Shown here piece by piece: positions 62,401 to 64,000 of a DNA stretch of 64,000 nucleotides (its first letter is position 1; the number at the start of each line of letters is the position of its first letter). Made by a program: the position numbers and the translations under genes. The DNA comes from an uncultured Acidobacteriota bacterium. Its GTDB lineage: Bacteria; Acidobacteriota; Thermoanaerobaculia; Multivoradales; UBA5704. A model generated the notes under the pieces. The model did no database searches and had not been told where the DNA came from. It saw only the letters and a list, made by a program, of their open reading frames with translations. Location: positions 2,112,001 to 2,176,000 of the forward strand of contig CAVYRF010000002.1 of the NCBI GenBank assembly GCA_963770895.1, given 5' to 3'.

Positions 62401-64000
62401 ATCGGCGGGCGCTCGCACGGTGGACGCCCGCCGCCGCGCCCGAGCGCGCCGCCGCCACCCGAGCCGCGCTCACGCCGCTCGCCGAGGTGCTCGCCGGCCT
62501 CTTCGCCGATGTCCTCGGCGTCGAACGGATCGGGGTGAACGACAGCTTCTTCGAGCACGGCGGCCACTCGCTCGCGGCGATGCGGCTGTCGGCGCGCGTG
62601 CGCGAGACCCTGGGCGTCGAGCTGTCGGTGCATCGGATCTTCGACCTGCCGACCGTCACCGCGCTCGTCCAGGCGATCGAGGGCGAGACCAGTAGCGGCG
62701 TCCCGCCGCTCGCTCCGGTGCCGCGCGACCAGCCGCTGCCGCTCTCCTTTGCCCAGCAGCGTCTCTGGTTTCTCCATCAGCTCGACCCGGCGAGCACGGT
62801 CTACAACGTGCCCGCCGCCGTCGGCCTGCGCGGCCGGCTGGACCACGCCGCGCTCGCCGCCGCCCTGGGCGAGGTGGCGCGCCGCCACGAGGTGCTGCGC
62901 ACCCGCCTCCTCGCCGTGCCCGGCGGGGCGGTGCAGGTCGTCGATCCGCCGGCGCCGGTGCCGCTGCCCGCCGTCGACCTCGCGGCCCTGCCCGGCGCCG
63001 CGCGGGAGGAGGAGGCGCGCCGCCTGACGCGCGAGGACGCGCTGCGGCCGTTCGACCTCGCCGCGGGGCCGCTGCTGAGGGCGGCGCTGCTGCGCCTCTC
63101 CGCCGGCGAGCACCTGCTGCTCCTCACCCTGCACCACGTGGTGAGCGACGCCTGGTCGCTGCGCCTGCTGGCGGGCGAGCTGGGGGAGATCTACGGCGCC
63201 GCGCTCGCCGGCCGTCCCTCGCCGCTGCCGGAGCTGCCGATCCAGTACGGCGACTACGCGGTCTGGCAGCGGCGCTGGCTGCAGGGCGAACGGCTGGCGG
63301 CCGAGCTCGCCCACTGGCGGGCGCGCCTCGCGGATGCGCCACCGGTGCTCGACCTGCCGCTCGATCGCCCCCGGCCGGCGCAGATCAGCCATCGCGGCGG
63401 CAGCCGCGCCCTGGCCGTGCCGCCCGCCCTGGCGGAGGCGCTGCGGGCGCTCGCCCGCGGCCAGGGGGTGACGCTTTTCATGGCGCTGATGGCGGGTTTT
63501 CAGGCGCTCCTCGCCCGCCTCTCCGGCACCGCCGACGTCAGCCTCGGCACGCCGGTCGCCGGCCGCGGCCACCTGCGCACCGAGGGGCTGATCGGCTTCT
63601 TCGTCAACACCTTGGTGATGCGCACCGACCTGTCCGGCGAGCCGTCGTTCGCGACCCTGCTGGCGCGGGCGCGGGAGGTCGCGCTCGCCGCCTACGCGCA
63701 CCAGGACCTGCCGTTTGAAAAGCTGGTTGAGGAGCTGCAGCCGCAGCGCGCGTTGAGCTACTCGCCGCTCTTCCAGGTCTCGTTCACCCTCGACGGCGAG
63801 CCGCCGCCGGCGCTGCGCCTGGCCGAGGTCGAGGCGACGCTGCGGGCGCCCGAGTCGGCCACCGAGAAGTTCGATCTCAGCCTCGCCCTGGAGCTGGACG
63901 GCGAGGGGCTTGCCGGCACCTTCGGCTACCGCGGCGACCTGTTCGATGCCGCCTCGGTCGAGCGCTTCGCCGGCGGCCTGGTGCTCCTTCTCGCCGGCGC
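59439..64000 (+). CDS. Second NRPS, C-A(Ser)-T-C...; runs off the right window edge
   Basis: ATG 59439 after an in-frame TAG; LSQGQRSLWFL, HHIVADFWS, FTSGSTGRPKG, FDVSVWE, GGHSL, HHVVSDAWS. Confidence 0.93.
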   Translation, partial: MINDQFPAGSARDAAEPLSQGQRSLWFLHHLAPEGGAYNIAAAARVRTPIDGAALARAAQALVDRHAALRTTFPAVDGEPRQRTAERLTFTLGREDTTGWSAARLAARLAAEAWAPFDLERGPLLRLTLLAGDAPDPVLLLVIHHIVADFWSLAILMRELPALYREAAGGTPAGLAPPGADYALHVRQEREFLAGRDGDDRLSYWRQRLAGLPTLELATDRPRPAVQTYRGDARRLRLPASLAADLRADSRRRHGTLFMTLVAGWQALLGRHTGQEDLAIGTQRAGRAQSQFAGTVGYFVNSVVLRGDLAGDPGFGDLFERARATVLAAFDQEYPLPLLAEHLLPERDSSRTPFFQTSLVLQKESRGVAGLTAFSLGEKGVEIDLGTLRLDSLSLDPAPAPFDLLLHAVERQGELHLSLQFNADLFDGATAVRLLAHFTHLLRSAVASPDLALSALPLLAPAERQQLLAEWNDTAGAGGEQTLFDLFAAQAARTPAAEALVFEGERLSYAELAARVAALAGRLAALGVGPEVLVGVAAERSVELVVGLLGVLAAGGAYVPLEPGLPSQRLAAILADARPAVVLARQAEAGALPLDASPGARLAWLDEPAAPAGPTAPTDSAAAAAPAAAAGIAPVRAATADNAAYVIFTSGSTGRPKGVVNSHRGIVNRLLWMQEAFALGPGDRVLQKTPFGFDVSVWELFAPLVTGGCLVVARPDGHRDGAYLAALVEREAITTLHFVPSMLPFFLAEDLAGCRALRRVVVSGEALPWEVEQRALALLPAPLYNLYGPTEAAVEVTAWACEPAAQPRAVPIGRPIRNTRIHLVGPRLEAMPLGAAGELAIGGVQVARGYVGRPDLTAERFVPDPHGGTPGGRLYRTGDLCRHLPGGEIEYLGRLDDQVKIRGFRIEPREIELALAAHPAVREAAVVARQDGSGERSLLACVVTWEGEAAAAGALQLSEFLAARLPPYMVPAFAFGQALDRLPNGKLDRRALARWTPAAAPERAAATRAALTPLAEVLAGLFADVLGVERIGVNDSFFEHGGHSLAAMRLSARVRETLGVELSVHRIFDLPTVTALVQAIEGETSSGVPPLAPVPRDQPLPLSFAQQRLWFLHQLDPASTVYNVPAAVGLRGRLDHAALAAALGEVARRHEVLRTRLLAVPGGAVQVVDPPAPVPLPAVDLAALPGAAREEEARRLTREDALRPFDLAAGPLLRAALLRLSAGEHLLLLTLHHVVSDAWSLRLLAGELGEIYGAALAGRPSPLPELPIQYGDYAVWQRRWLQGERLAAELAHWRARLADAPPVLDLPLDRPRPAQISHRGGSRALAVPPALAEALRALARGQGVTLFMALMAGFQALLARLSGTADVSLGTPVAGRGHLRTEGLIGFFVNTLVMRTDLSGEPSFATLLARAREVALAAYAHQDLPFEKLVEELQPQRALSYSPLFQVSFTLDGEPPPALRLAEVEATLRAPESATEKFDLSLALELDGEGLAGTFGYRGDLFDAASVERFAGGLVLLLAG

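Noticed and set aside
1-64000. CRISPR arrays, tRNA or rRNA genes
   Set aside because: No regularly spaced repeat-spacer array or cloverleaf/rRNA signature seen by eye.

Overview
High-GC bacterial window, probably from an Acidobacteriota (Thermoanaerobaculia-like) genome. That assignment is inferred from a secreted protein's C-terminal domain, an IPTL-CTERM protein and the peptide-leader style. The main feature is a ~22.6 kb six-module NRPS (8158-30758): ACP-C-A-T-T-C-A-T-C-A-T-C-A[FkbM MT]-T-C-A-T-C-A-T-TE, broken by one -1 frameshift at a C5G6 run. A second NRPS starts at 59439 and runs off the right end. Between them lie a FitAB-like TA pair, an FHA-GAF-PP2C phosphatase, a GMC oxidoreductase with a structured leader, an aminosugar/glycosylation cluster, several Cys-rich secreted proteins, an IS21 remnant and a lower-GC AAA-ATPase/DUF4276-like pair damaged at its junction. 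Missed by the ORF track: two orphan lanthipeptide-type precursor genes sharing an (L/F)xLxRET..L leader (31315-31479 and 41424-41597) with no modifying enzyme in the window, and a four-copy REP-like hairpin family with compensatory base changes (50071-53267). All domain calls and A-domain codes were read by eye; no searches were run.
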